Below, piece after piece: positions 23,101 through 34,749 of a stretch of DNA of 64,000 nucleotides (positions are counted from its first letter, which is position 1; every line of letters begins with the position of its first letter). The DNA is from Geosiphon pyriformis uo1 (lineage: Eukaryota; Fungi; Glomeromycota). The stretch spans positions 624,970-688,969 of the forward strand of contig JAAOMT010000400.1 of NCBI GenBank assembly GCA_016748015.1, given 5' to 3'. The position numbers were made by a program, and so were the translations under genes. Below the pieces are notes generated by a model. The model had not been told where the DNA came from. It saw only the letters and a program-made list of their open reading frames with translations, and ran no database searches.

Positions 23101-25788
23101 ATATTCTTCTTCAGGTGAAATGCAAACTTCCATTGACAATAGTTTCTTGTGGCAGTCCTTACATTTAAGGAGAATATAGGAGCATTGTTTTCTTGGTTCG
23201 GGTTTTGAGTAAGGGATATTCCATCCAAAAGTTTCGGGTTCAGAGTGTGGGGTAAAATGTTCTTGTTCTGTTTCATTGGCCCAGTTGGACATTGATCCAA
23301 GAGCCATGAATGTTTCAATGAGAAGTTTTTCCTCTTCCAGTTCAAATTCAAAAGCTGGGGCTTTTTCAGAGTGTTTGTTGAATGTATCACAAGTGACAGG
23401 TACTCGGGCATGTTGTCCTTGGTAGGAGATTGTTAACTCTTGTGTTTCCCAATTCAGATTAGCATTGGCTTTTTGAAGCCAATCATTTCCGACAAGAGCT
23501 TGGTACTGGGGTGCGTCCATTATAAGAACTTTGACTGGAATGGTAATTCCATTAAGAGTAAATGGAAAATTGTCAATTTCTCCTACTGGGGTCTTTTTCA
23601 TGCCATCAGCAGTGACAATTACTGTTTAAGCTGATCAGTCAACATTTCTCTTCAACTGTTGCATTAACTGGTAAGTGATAATACTTCCAGCGGATCCACT
23701 GTTTAGGATCAAGTGAATTGTCTTTCCTTCGACTTCTGCTTCAGTGTATATAGCCATGATTGTTTTTTGTTCATTGGCAGCTGCATTGCTAAGCAGGAAT
23801 GGTGACTCATTTGCTTCAAACTCAAAAGGGAATATATCTGAAAGGTTAGCATTTTCAGTAATTCTGGCTGGTGGAATTGTAGTAAGAGTATAGAAAAGGT
23901 TTTGTTGTTGTGCTGCAGCTCTACCTTCCGAGGGTGCAGTATGATAAAAATCCTATTCTTCTGGCATTGTTAAATAACTGGGTTGAGTGTGGTAGTGGTT
24001 GGGTCTTGATTGAGTGGAATTTCAGAAAACCAATTGGTTGTTCAAACTGATTCTATTGTTGTTTACTTGGTATCGGTTTTGTGGTGTAAATTGATTTTGT
24101 GTAATCAGTCTTCGAGCAGGTACTTAATAATATTGTGTGGGTGGTTGTTGGTATTGCTGTTGGATTGGCTGTGAGGCGGGCTGATAATAGTTATTTTGGT
24201 ATTGGGGTCTTAGTAGATAGTAAGCTGGTGGTGGTGGTTGATAATAAGATTGCTGTGATGGAGGGTAACATTGATTACTCCTATTTTGTTGGTCTCGTTG
24301 TAGCTTTCTGCAATCTCTTTTCCAGTGGCCAAAAATTCTACAGTAATGGCAATTCTGAGACTAGTTATTGGAAAGTGGTGCAAAGTTATTTTGATTTTGT
24401 CTTTGGGGTGGTTGATATCTTTGGGGTTGCTGTTGTTGTTGATTGGTGAAATAGTTTTCAACTTTCTTTGTGAGTTGGTTAATTTTTTTTTTAACTGTTG
24501 AGCTGGTTTCTCCAATTGCCAAATTTACAAATTTTGTGCGATTGGCCTCTTCCATGGCCATTTCGTATCTTTTCACATGCTGTATGGCAGAGTTTAAATC
24601 TTTTGGCACATGTGAGCAAATCTTTTTAATTAGTTTATCTTTTAAACCAGCGATAAATTAATCCAAGATTTGAGCATTAGAATAATAATTGTTTGTTTCA
24701 AGTTGGCGAATTCATCTGAGAAGTTTGTTGAATTTCCCAATATAAATCATAATAGATTCGGAGGGTTCTTGTTTGATATTTTGAAAACAATTGTGAAGGG
24801 TGATGGAGGTATTATTGTCAGTGAACTGTTCAAAGAAGACTGCTTTGAAAGCATTCCAATCATTGAATGGGGCGGCCAAGTTTTCAAACCATTCTTCTAC
24901 TGTTCCTTTGAGAAAGTAGGGAATTGTTCTTAACATTCTGGCAGCATTCCATCCATTTGTATCTCCAGCTTTAGTAACTTGGTCAAGCCATTCTTGGTGA
25001 CTGGTCTCAATGTCTTCTCCATTAAATTCAGGGATTTTTGTGATATATGTTGTCATTTCGTCTTCTTCATTTTCACTGTTTATTGATTCTTCTTCAGATA
25101 TTTCAGGTTCATTTTCTTTGTTCGCTGCTGTTTCAGAGTGTTCACTTTGATTTTTAGCTAGAAAGTCAAGAAGATTGGAACTAGTTTGAAGGGGTTCTTG
25201 TTGTCTGATGAGACTTCTGAGTGATGTAAAATCTTCTGGTTTTGCAAATTGATTCAAGGATGAATTAGGTGTTTGTGCTTGTACAAGTAAAGCTGGAAAA
25301 GGTGTGATAGTAAGTGGAAGTTTTGAACTGGTTCTTTGTTCAGGTGTTTGTAAATGTTTGGCAGTTGTTTTTGGTAGTGTTGGAGTATTTAGGGTGGTTT
25401 TTGAGTATTGTTTCAATTTGTTTTTGCCTTTGTTGCTTGTTTCTGTTTCCAATTCAAAATCAATAGAGTATTGAGACTGCACTGGATATGTTTCTTCACA
25501 GTATTTGATAATGTTAAAATTAAGTTCATGAAAGTAAGTAGCAAGTGTTTCACTGTTAAGGTCTTTAGTTTCCAACTGTGAATAGTGTGCTAAATTATTG
25601 TAAAGGTTGCTTCTAACTTCTGAGATATTGTAATTTCCAAAAAGATAATTGTTGATGCAGTTTTCAATGTATTGGTATACTGATTTTTTGACAACTTCAA
25701 TTCCGTCTGAAATGTTGAATCTTTGCTTGCAGTGAGTGTAAATTGATTGGTAATACTCTTGAGTTGTTGTGTCTGGTGTGGTCACCAC
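20170..25788 (-). pseudogene. Element C ORF1 Gag-PR-Cys-rich-dUTPase-RT-RNase H, degenerate
   Basis: KIPEFNG..EWL capsid; LILNSGS; IYLDD; LATDAS; ends DCLSRMRQD* (TAG 20172-20170). Confidence 0.92.
22010..22440 (-). pseudogene. Trimeric dUTPase domain in element C
   Basis: DAGYDL, SFLASK (motif II-like), GGIIDAGYIGDI, KIVQAI, Gly-rich motif V remnant. Confidence 0.9.
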
Positions 25789-25813
25789 TTTGAAGTTGTT
25801 TTTGCTGTGTTGT

Positions 25814-25831
25814 TTCCGTGGGAGAGCACCA
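25814..25831 (-). promoter_or_regulatory. Element C primer-binding site
   Basis: TGGTGCTCTCCCACGG, 2 nt inside the 5' LTR end; tRNA identity not resolved. Confidence 0.7.
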
Positions 25832-25833
25832 AA

Positions 25834-26814
25834 TGTTACTGGGGGTTTTTGGTCTTTTTTCTTGAATGTTGTTAATATTTGTTTGTTGTGAATTCACGTT
25901 TTTTAGAAGTAGTTAAACCTCTAATAACTGAATTTATCTTCAAATTATCTCCTATAATTTGAACTGCTGGGCTTATAAGTGGAATGGCCAATTCTGTGCC
26001 AGTTACTTTATGTAATTACATTGTAGTAAACATCAATTCTTTCTCAGGAATTGCTTGTCTGGAAGCTCACTAAAATGTATAGTTACTTTGCTATGAAAGT
26101 CAACTCTTCTACAGGAATCTTGTCTGTAGGCTACCCTAATGATTGTAATAAGAAAAGAAAAAAATAATAAAAGAAATATAAAAGAAATAGAATTTTTGTC
26201 AAGAGAAACGTTTTCTATCCAGGCCTGAAGTCACTAACAGTTTACTGAAATTGGTAGCTAATCAATTTCGAAATGTTAGTTGGGTTTTGGGGATTTTCCA
26301 AGTACAATAATTAAAGAATTTGGTTTTTTTTGAATTATTTGATATTTATTTTTTTTTGTGTGTATAGAAACGGTTTTAAGAGATAAATCTAAAGTAAGAT
26401 ACATTTTCTCGAAGAGAGAAGCTCTTCTTTTATACAACTTGTTGTAACACTATTCTATGAACTTGAACTTTGCTATTTTCTACAATTTCACTGAACTAAA
26501 GATACATTTTGGTGAACTACAAGTTATTTCTGCGAACTATTAGATATTTTAGTAAACTATCAATTATTTTAGTGAATTTTTACAAATTTCGGCGAACTTT
26601 TGAATGTTACATAGTTCAGGGTATTGCATAATTGATTATCGCAATTAGATTACATTTGTGTTATATACAATTTGGGTTATTAATTAAATGATAATTTCGG
26701 ATATTTTTGCTAATGTAATAAGTAATAATTTGAAACAATAATATATGCTAATTAATGATAGGAATTATAAGATAATTTTATGCTAAATAATATCTCTAAT
26801 TTCATCTGATAACA
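25834..26814 (-). repeat. Element C 5' LTR (981 bp)
   Basis: Direct repeat of 16949-17922. Confidence 0.95.
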
Positions 26815-29800
26815 ACGCAATGTGGAACACTGTTTGCAAGATGGTGTCTCTCTTAGCTAATAGTATTTTCAAAAAAAAATGGTTCAAGGGCTATAACAGA
26901 GTGTTTACCAAAGAGTCATTTAGGTTTTACAATCTGAAAATCTTGGTTTCAAAGTTGGCAAAGGCTTTTCATGGGGTAGCATCTAACAGGTTTTTCTCTC
27001 TTTTGAAACATTGGAACTCTTTGGATGCTAACAAGGCATTGGTTATTCAGGTTTTTGTTGACTCTGGTGCAAATTCTGGTTGTATACGTTCTGCTCTCTT
27101 TGGTGTGAGGAAATCTTATTATACATCCAAACTGGCTGAATCTTTGTGTGCTAAGGAGTCAGGCATCAGATCTGCCATTAAAAGATGGATGGAAAGTTTT
27201 GCAGTTGACAAAGGTCACACAATCCATAGTGTTTTGGAACATTCTTTCTGGAAAGTGGTGTTGGATCACCTGGTTTTTGATGGTAATTTGATTGTGGATC
27301 CAGTTGATGTTAAGAATAATATTAACAAGATAATGGAGAGTTGAATAAGAAAAAAAGTAGTGCCGTATAACATTTCTGATTCATGGCAACGTCAATATCT
27401 GCCATTGGAATATGTTGACAATGAAGCTTTTTCTAGAGTAATGGATACTGTCAGCTATGAAAATTTGGTGCACATGGTTAAAAATCTGCCAGAAGGCAAA
27501 GCAGCTGGTTTGTTTGGTATTACAAATGAGCTTTGGAAACATTGTAATAATTCTGTGCTTGGTATGCTGTTGGATCTCTTAAATCTCTGTTTGGTTCATA
27601 AATCTGTTCCCCAATGCTGGAAGAAAGCTTGGGTGTCTATGATTCCTAAGCCTTATGAGTAGGAGAGTGTTCTGACCAATACTAGACCTATTGCTTTAAT
27701 TGAGACTGCTCAGAAGATTTTCTTTAAGTTACTCTTTGTTAGGATTTTGTTAACATGCAGTGTGTTTGATGTTCTTCATGGTAACAATTTCTCTGTGCTC
27801 AAGGGCACTATTACTCAGTCCCCTATTTTTGCTATTGGTTCAGTTGTTGAGGATGCTTTAGAAAAAAATCATGAGCTGTGACTTGTTTTACAGGATATGC
27901 GGAAGGCCTACAACTCTGTGGATTGGCACCACTTGTGGAATAGTTTGGTTTGAGTTAAGATGTGTAACTATTTTATCAGATTCTTTGGGAGTATTCACAA
28001 TGATTGTGTTAATCGTGTTATGACTAATTTTGACCTAACTAATGAATACTGGGTGCATGATAGTCTTGACCAGAGTAAGGTGTTCTTTTTCTTGCTGTGG
28101 AGGATTTTCTATGATCCCTTTTTATGTGAGGTCAAAAGGCAAAAGAGTTTGTGTGGATACTGTATTGATTCCAGGTTTGTTGCTAAGATTGGCAGATTAA
28201 AAAACCAGAATGGTTTGACTTTGTTTTTGGTGGCTGGTGTCTTTGTTGATGACACAATATGGGTGGGAAGTAGCCAAGCTGCTACTCAGTACATTCTGGA
28301 CATTGCTAGTAATTTTTTCAGTATAAATAACATCTCCATTAATAACAAAAAGACTGTGGTCATTTCTATTAACAGAAAAATAGGTGAGGCATTACTATTG
28401 ATAAGTGGTTCACCAATTTCAATTGCTCGTAAAAGGGAATCTCATAGATATCTTAGGATTTATTTGTTATCTGAGGGTTTGTTCAAGCCCAGTTTGGCAA
28501 AGGCCCATTCGGATGTTAGATTTTTTATTAATTTGGTTTTGAGGAAAGCTATTTTGGACAAGCAGTTTCTTTATCTGGTGTCGGCCATATTACAGCCCAT
28601 TGTCAATTATAGATCTCAGTTTAGTTTTTTTTTTAAAAATGTGTGTATTAAATAGAACATGTTGATTAGGAAAGGTTTGAGACTTAAAGCTGGACTCCTG
28701 AGAAATTTTCCCAATAAGGCTCTTCATCATCCATCTTTGTATAGTCTGAAGTCTTTCGAACAGTTGCAGGCCAAATGCAAAGTGGCTTCTGTGCTGAGTT
28801 TCTCTAATGCTAGTGGACTTTTGGGTCGCTTGTTTGTTCACAGGTCTCTTGACCTGCAAGTTCTAAGTTGGTCACCTATTCATCTTTTGTGTCGTCCGAT
28901 CAGATTACATATCAGTCCTGTCAACAATTTTTTGGCTGGTGTTGTTAAAGTTTTTTTGGATTGCAATATGTCTCTTGGGAATTTTTCTCATACAGCATTC
29001 CATTTTTCTGGTGGGACACCAATGTCCTTAGTTTTGGGTAATCATTTGTTTTATGAGGTTTTGTGCTTACTCAAAAAATCCAGAGTTGCTTTTGTCGAAC
29101 AGCTGTATACAAAAAAATTTGGTTTTTGACTGGAAAAGCTTCCGTCATTAGAAGAGACTTGACTCACATGGTCCAGTCCTTCGTTGGTTCAATTTGGCAT
29201 GTGAATTTCTGGTTTACTCTTTTTATGTTGGTTTACTTGTTATGGAACTTAAGTTGCAGGATGTTGGTGGTTTGGATAATGTTTCTTGTCTGAAACAAAG
29301 TCTTGTTACTTTCAATTTATGTATTATTGAAGTCTACACTGATGGTTCTTTGAAAAATTTTGGTATGCAGAAAATAGGGTGTGGTGCAGCTGCTTACTTC
29401 CCAGATGTAGATCAAGGTATTGGCATCAGGGTTGGTGGGTTGGTTTCTTCCACTTTAGCTGAATTGCAAGCAATTGCTTTGGCATTAGAGTGTATTCCTT
29501 TTTGCAGTTCTGTTATAATTTATTTGGACAGTCAAACTGTCTTAGATGCTTGTGCTACTGAGTCAGTTTTGGTCTTTTCAGACTTCCAAAACTGTTGCTG
29601 GTTGGAGTGGCATGGTATTTTTAATCTGATTAAAAGAAAAGGGCTTGGTGTTTCTTGGCATAAGGTTAAAGAACATTTGGGTGTTGTGGGTAATGAGCAT
29701 GCTAATAAGTTGGCCAATTCTGCTACAAGCTCAAATTTGGTGCTTCCTGTTTTGGTTAAGAAGATGTTTATTAAGATTGGTAGGATGGCAGTGTCTGGTA

Positions 29801-32239
29801 ATGTTTGGCATTTTACTAGAGATATTTTTAGATCAGTAAATTGTGTTTGTTAAGAGACTGGACCTGATTCTGCTGTTATTGGCAATGACATGATTGGCGA
29901 TGTGAATTGGGTTCATATTGCTTCAGTCTAACATCCCAATTTGCACATGACAGCTGAATTCACCAGCAGGTCTATGGCTGGTCTGCACTCATATTTTTTG
30001 AAGACATTGCATCACTGTTTGTCAGTTGCTGTGCGAAAGCGCTTGTATAACAAAAGTTATCCAAGTGTTCTATGTCTTCATTGTGGAGAGATGGAGAGCT
30101 CTGACTACTCTTTTATATGTGCATTTGATTTGGAGATCTATAAGAATCTGCTTACTTCATATTTGGCCAAATAACATTCCATGTCTGGTGTGAATTTCCA
30201 TTTGTCTCAGATCTTACAGATGCTTTCTTTGAGCATTTCTGATGATGTGCTATACATCACTTTAGGCAAAAGCTTCTTGTTCAAAAATTGGTATCTGGAA
30301 GCTGTATCTGTTTTGGATGATACTAAGTTAATGAGTAAATTTATTATTGACTTTGTTCAGGATTTTGGTGCTGCTTACCGTGCTGACATATGGTTGGTTA
30401 GGGCCAAATATAGGGCTTTTTTAGAAAAATGTGGCTTAATTCCTCATGATAATTCTGCTTTTCCTGTTATCTGGGGTCTGTCGTCTTTGCTTTTGGCTGA
30501 GGTGGTTAGGTTACTTGGTATTGCTGAGGTGTTTGGTGTTTGTTTTGGTTTTTGTAACTGGTGCTGTTTTTTTTCTGATTTTGATAAAATAGTGTTTATT
30601 ATGATAGATTTGTAGTGTTGCTCTGATCAGTCCAAGTGGCTGGTCATGTGTAGAAAATGCATAATTTGTGCCTAGTTTAGATCACTTAGTTTAATGTATT
30701 GTGCTAGGTAATATTTGGGTCTCATTCTTTAAATATTAATAAAAAATAAAAAAATAACAACTTGTATAAATTAGATATAATTTTTTAAATAATTATATAT
30801 AACTCAAATAGATTTTTATATGTCTTGGTATTTATTTTACATGAAAAAAAATGATCTAAAAATTCAATTTTACTATAATAAAAACACAATATACAATAAT
30901 AATATTTATTATACAAATACTTATAAACAGTTATAGATAGCTGGTAATATAGTTTTTATAAAATAGAAATATGTATCAGTTGTGATTTATAAAACCAGTT
31001 ATTATATAATAATTAAAATATTAAACCAATAATGACCAGATTTAATTAATATTCTTAATTAAATTAAAACTTTAATATTTAACTTAATCTTTTAATAAGC
31101 ACAGTATACTGTTTAAAAGATTTTATAAACAAAATATTTCGTGTTTTTTGACACAACCAAATTATTAATTTTAATAAATCTTTTTTAAATATGAATTAAA
31201 AATATTGTATTTGAAAAAAAATAATATTAACCAAAATATTAGTTTTATTATTATTTAGAATACCAAAATGTTTTTTGATTTTGTATTAAATAATATGCAA
31301 ATTTTTTTCTTAATAACATTGAAAATATGCTATTATTTAATTTAGCAATAATTATAAAAGTCTAATAAAGCCAAAATTAATTCCAAAAACATGTATTTAA
31401 AGCTATTTAATTGTTAAAAAATATATTTTAAAGCCAATACAATAGTTTGTAGTTTAGTCATCATAAAAAAAACCAAACCAAATATTTTAATATTTATATC
31501 CAAATTCGAATTCTCAAAAAAACATTAATATAAATAGACAAACAAGTTATATTAATACTAAGTAGCTAATTATAAATTAAATCAAACTTATTTAAATTTA
31601 ATATAACTAAAGACTAAAAACTAATAACCAAAAGTAAACTAGTATTGTAAAAAGCCAAAATTAATCAAAAATTTAATTATCAAAATAAATTATCTAAAGA
31701 TTAGATCTTAAAAATCCAATTTTTTTTAATATTTAAAGATTTTTTAGTTAAAAATATTACTATTTTTGCTATGTAGCTGTTCAATAAAAATAATACCAAA
31801 TTATTTAAATAAATAAAACATTTTAAAAAAAAAAAATTATTTAAAATTATTAATATTAAAGTTCTATTTATAAATTAAAATATAAAATACAGAGAGTTTA
31901 CCAAAAACAAATTATAATTATAAAAAATTGTTTAGTAAACTAATTTTGAAATAAACAAAAAAGCATAAAAAATAAAAATAAAACTAACTTAAAACTTAAA
32001 AATCCAAAAACTTATAATTAAACAACTAGTTTAGAATATTACTAGTATTAAAAAAATTCAATACAAAAACCAATTTGCATTTAGCTTATATCTACTCAAA
32101 AAATTTCAAGTCATATAAAAAATAATAATAGATTATATTGTTTAAAAAATTCAAAAACAGACCAAATTTTAATTTTAAACTCTTTTGAACTAAAATGTTT
32201 TACTTATTATACATATTAACTAAAACAAAGCTAAACTAA

Positions 32240-33079
32240 TATTATAATTTAAAAATTTAACAAAAAAATTATAATATAATACAATAATAATTTTAGAAAA
32301 ATAATAATTAATATAATAGTAAGTATTAACTTGTAATAATAATAAGTACTAGTTTGCAATAATAATAAATACCAACTGGTAATAACAACAAATACTAAGT
32401 TAAAATAGCAAAAAGAAAGTAATACAATATGTTTTCTTATAGAACTATAAATATGTATATATACAATAATTTTAATATTAAAAAAAAACAGCAATTTATT
32501 TTACAGTTAAATTTTATTAAATTCCAATTTTTTCTTTTAATTATCTTTTAGTCTTTATCTTTAAAATAAATATTTAAAGAAATTTTTAATCAAAAAAAAT
32601 AAAATAAAAATAAAAATTAAATTATTATAATTTAATATGTTAAAAAACTTATTGATATTATTTATTAAATAAAATTATTATTTATTAGCTAAATTTCTTA
32701 AAAAAATAATCTTTAATTAAAATTATTTATGTTATTACTAATTAATAAAAACTTTATTGTAAAAATTAAAAAAAACATTAAAAATTATTAACTTTTTATG
32801 TTTTTAAATTAGAAAAACACTTTAAATAATTACAAAAATAGTTTTAAAAAAAATCTTATTACTATAAGTAAATTTTTGAATTAGTTTTTGAGAAAAAGTA
32901 CATAAATATATACATAATAATTAAAAATTAAGAAATAACATATATTATAACATTAAAAAAAAGCTTTTGGTATAGTATTAATATTATTATACAAATAAAA
33001 TTAAGAAATTTATAAGATATTAATTACAATTAAAACGAAATATCAATATTTAATATATTAAAAAAACTATTTTATAATA
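32240..33079 (+). repeat. Hyper-mutated solo LTR, E family
   Basis: Colinear with 12906-13740 and the E LTR; flanks CTAA / TTAG (both derivable from CTAG). Confidence 0.75.
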
Positions 33080-33186
33080 TTAGGTTCTATAATTAATAAT
33101 AGGATGTAAAATTAATAAAACCAAATAAAAAAACTGTTTATTAAAAATAATTTTTCTTAAAACTTTGTTTATAAAAAATTTAACAT

Positions 33187-34145
33187 TATTATTAGAAGTT
33201 TTTTTACTTTTTTTTGAATATTATTAATACTATTTTGTTGTTAATTCTGTTGTTAATAAAAACTAATAAACTTTTAATAAGTTAATTTTTTTTAAAAAAT
33301 ATTTTCTATATTTTGAATTATATATATTGTTAAACTTATAATAGAATAGCCAATTTTATAGTTACTTTGTAGTAAAAGTTAATTCTTTTACAGGAAATTT
33401 TAACTGTAAATTTTTCAAAATAGTATAATTACTTTGCTATAAAAATCAACTCTTTTACAGAAAATTTCAATTATAGACTGCTTAATAATATAAAAAAAAA
33501 TAAAATAAAAGAAAATAAACTAAAAAAAAAGTAGAAAATATCAAAAAAGTTATTTTAAATCCAAATTTAGAAGTTATCAACAATTATTAAAATTGGTAAT
33601 TAATTAATTTTAAAGTATTAGTAAAAAATAGTAGTTTTTAAAACAATAATAATTAAAAAATTCATGTTTTTTAAAATGAGTTTTATTTAAATTAATTTGT
33701 AAAAAAGATTATTTTAAGAAAAAATATCTAATAAAAAATATATTTTCTTAAAGAAAAAAGCTTTTTTTTTATACAATTTGTTATAGTATTATTTTATGAT
33801 TTAACACTTTTTTTTTCTAATTTTTCTGCAAATTAATAATATATCTTGTTAAACTACAAATTATTTCTATAAACTATAAATTATTTTAGTGAACTGTTAA
33901 ATATTTTATCAAATTATTAAATATTTTAGTGAATTTTAACTGTTATATAATTTGGTATATTACATGATCTAATTATTACAATTTGATTACATTTGTGTTT
34001 TGTACAAATCAGATTATTAATTAATAATTTAAATAATTTAATAAAATAATAAATAATAAATTAAAACAATAATATATGCTAATTAATAATAAGAATTATA
34101 AAAATAATTCATACTAAATAATATCTCAAATTTTGGTTAATAATA
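33187..34145 (-). repeat. Hyper-mutated solo LTR, C family
   Basis: Colinear with 16949-17922, including the 20-bp array remnant; flanks ACAT / ATAT. Confidence 0.8.
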
Positions 34146-34749
34146 ATATTTAAATAAGCTTTGGCCAAGCTAAGCTTTAACAAATTATTTATTAACAAAA
34201 AAATACTTAAGTATTTATAAAATTTCTCTTTTTTAGTAATTAAAATAAGCAAATTACTGATTATTAAAAAAAATATTAATTTTACAGTTAATAAAAATGA
34301 TTATTGTTTTATTATTGTTGATTAAAATATTATTGATTTAAAAAAATTTATTTGTAATATCCAATATATATTGAGTTATAGCTAGACTATTATTTATTCA
34401 AATTATATTATTAATAAAGATATCAATAGTAAAAAAAATCAGACTTGCTTGGTTTTTAATCTATTTTGTTTTAGCTACAAACTTGGAATCAATTTTATAT
34501 TTATATATATGTTTCTGTTTTTTGATTTTACACAAAAAAAATACACTAAAGAAAAAAAAACACCTTATTTTAATCTAGTTTATTATAAATATAGTAGCTA
34601 TTTATTAAGCCAAAATCAATTATAATTTAATTGATCTGATTATTGTAAATATTACTAAAAAATCTAACAAATTTGCTACATATTTTAATTTAAACCAAAC
34701 TGGTTTTTAAGTGTTTTTAACTTACTAAATTATATGTTTTGTACATATC

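Larger units (their letters stand above)
16949..26814 (-). mobile_element. Full-length Ty3/Gypsy LTR retrotransposon C (9.9 kb) with dUTPase
   Basis: LTR pair, PBS, PPT; 4-bp TSD ATGC (16945-16948) / ACGC (26815-26818); the LINE frame LDAMW is restored on removal. Confidence 0.96.
16068..30615 (+). pseudogene. LINE ORF2: AP endonuclease, RT, RNase H, C-terminal Cys motif (16068-16948 and 26819-30615)
   Basis: VATCNVRG, LTETK, IDYIF, DHY (APE); TRPIAL, LQDMRKAY, FVDD (RT); VYTDGS, AELQAI, LDSQ, KVKEH..GNE (RNase H); CLHC. Confidence 0.92.
14021..30752 (+). mobile_element. Full-length LINE (~6.9 kb without insert): ORF1 + APE-RT-RNase H ORF2, interrupted by element C
   Basis: 5' UTR, two ORFs, 3' UTR and A-rich tail; candidate TSD AATAACAACC (14011-14020) / AATAACAACT (30753-30762). 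Confidence 0.9.

Noticed and set aside
30616-30730. Hammerhead ribozyme in the LINE 3' UTR
   Set aside because: CTGA and GAAA are present, but there is no CUGANGA core or three-stem geometry; a simple hairpin explains it
32249-32494. Hydrophobic short ORFs in AT-rich zones (e.g. 32249-32494, 12304-12492)
   Set aside because: Compositional artefacts of hyper-mutated LTR and gag relics
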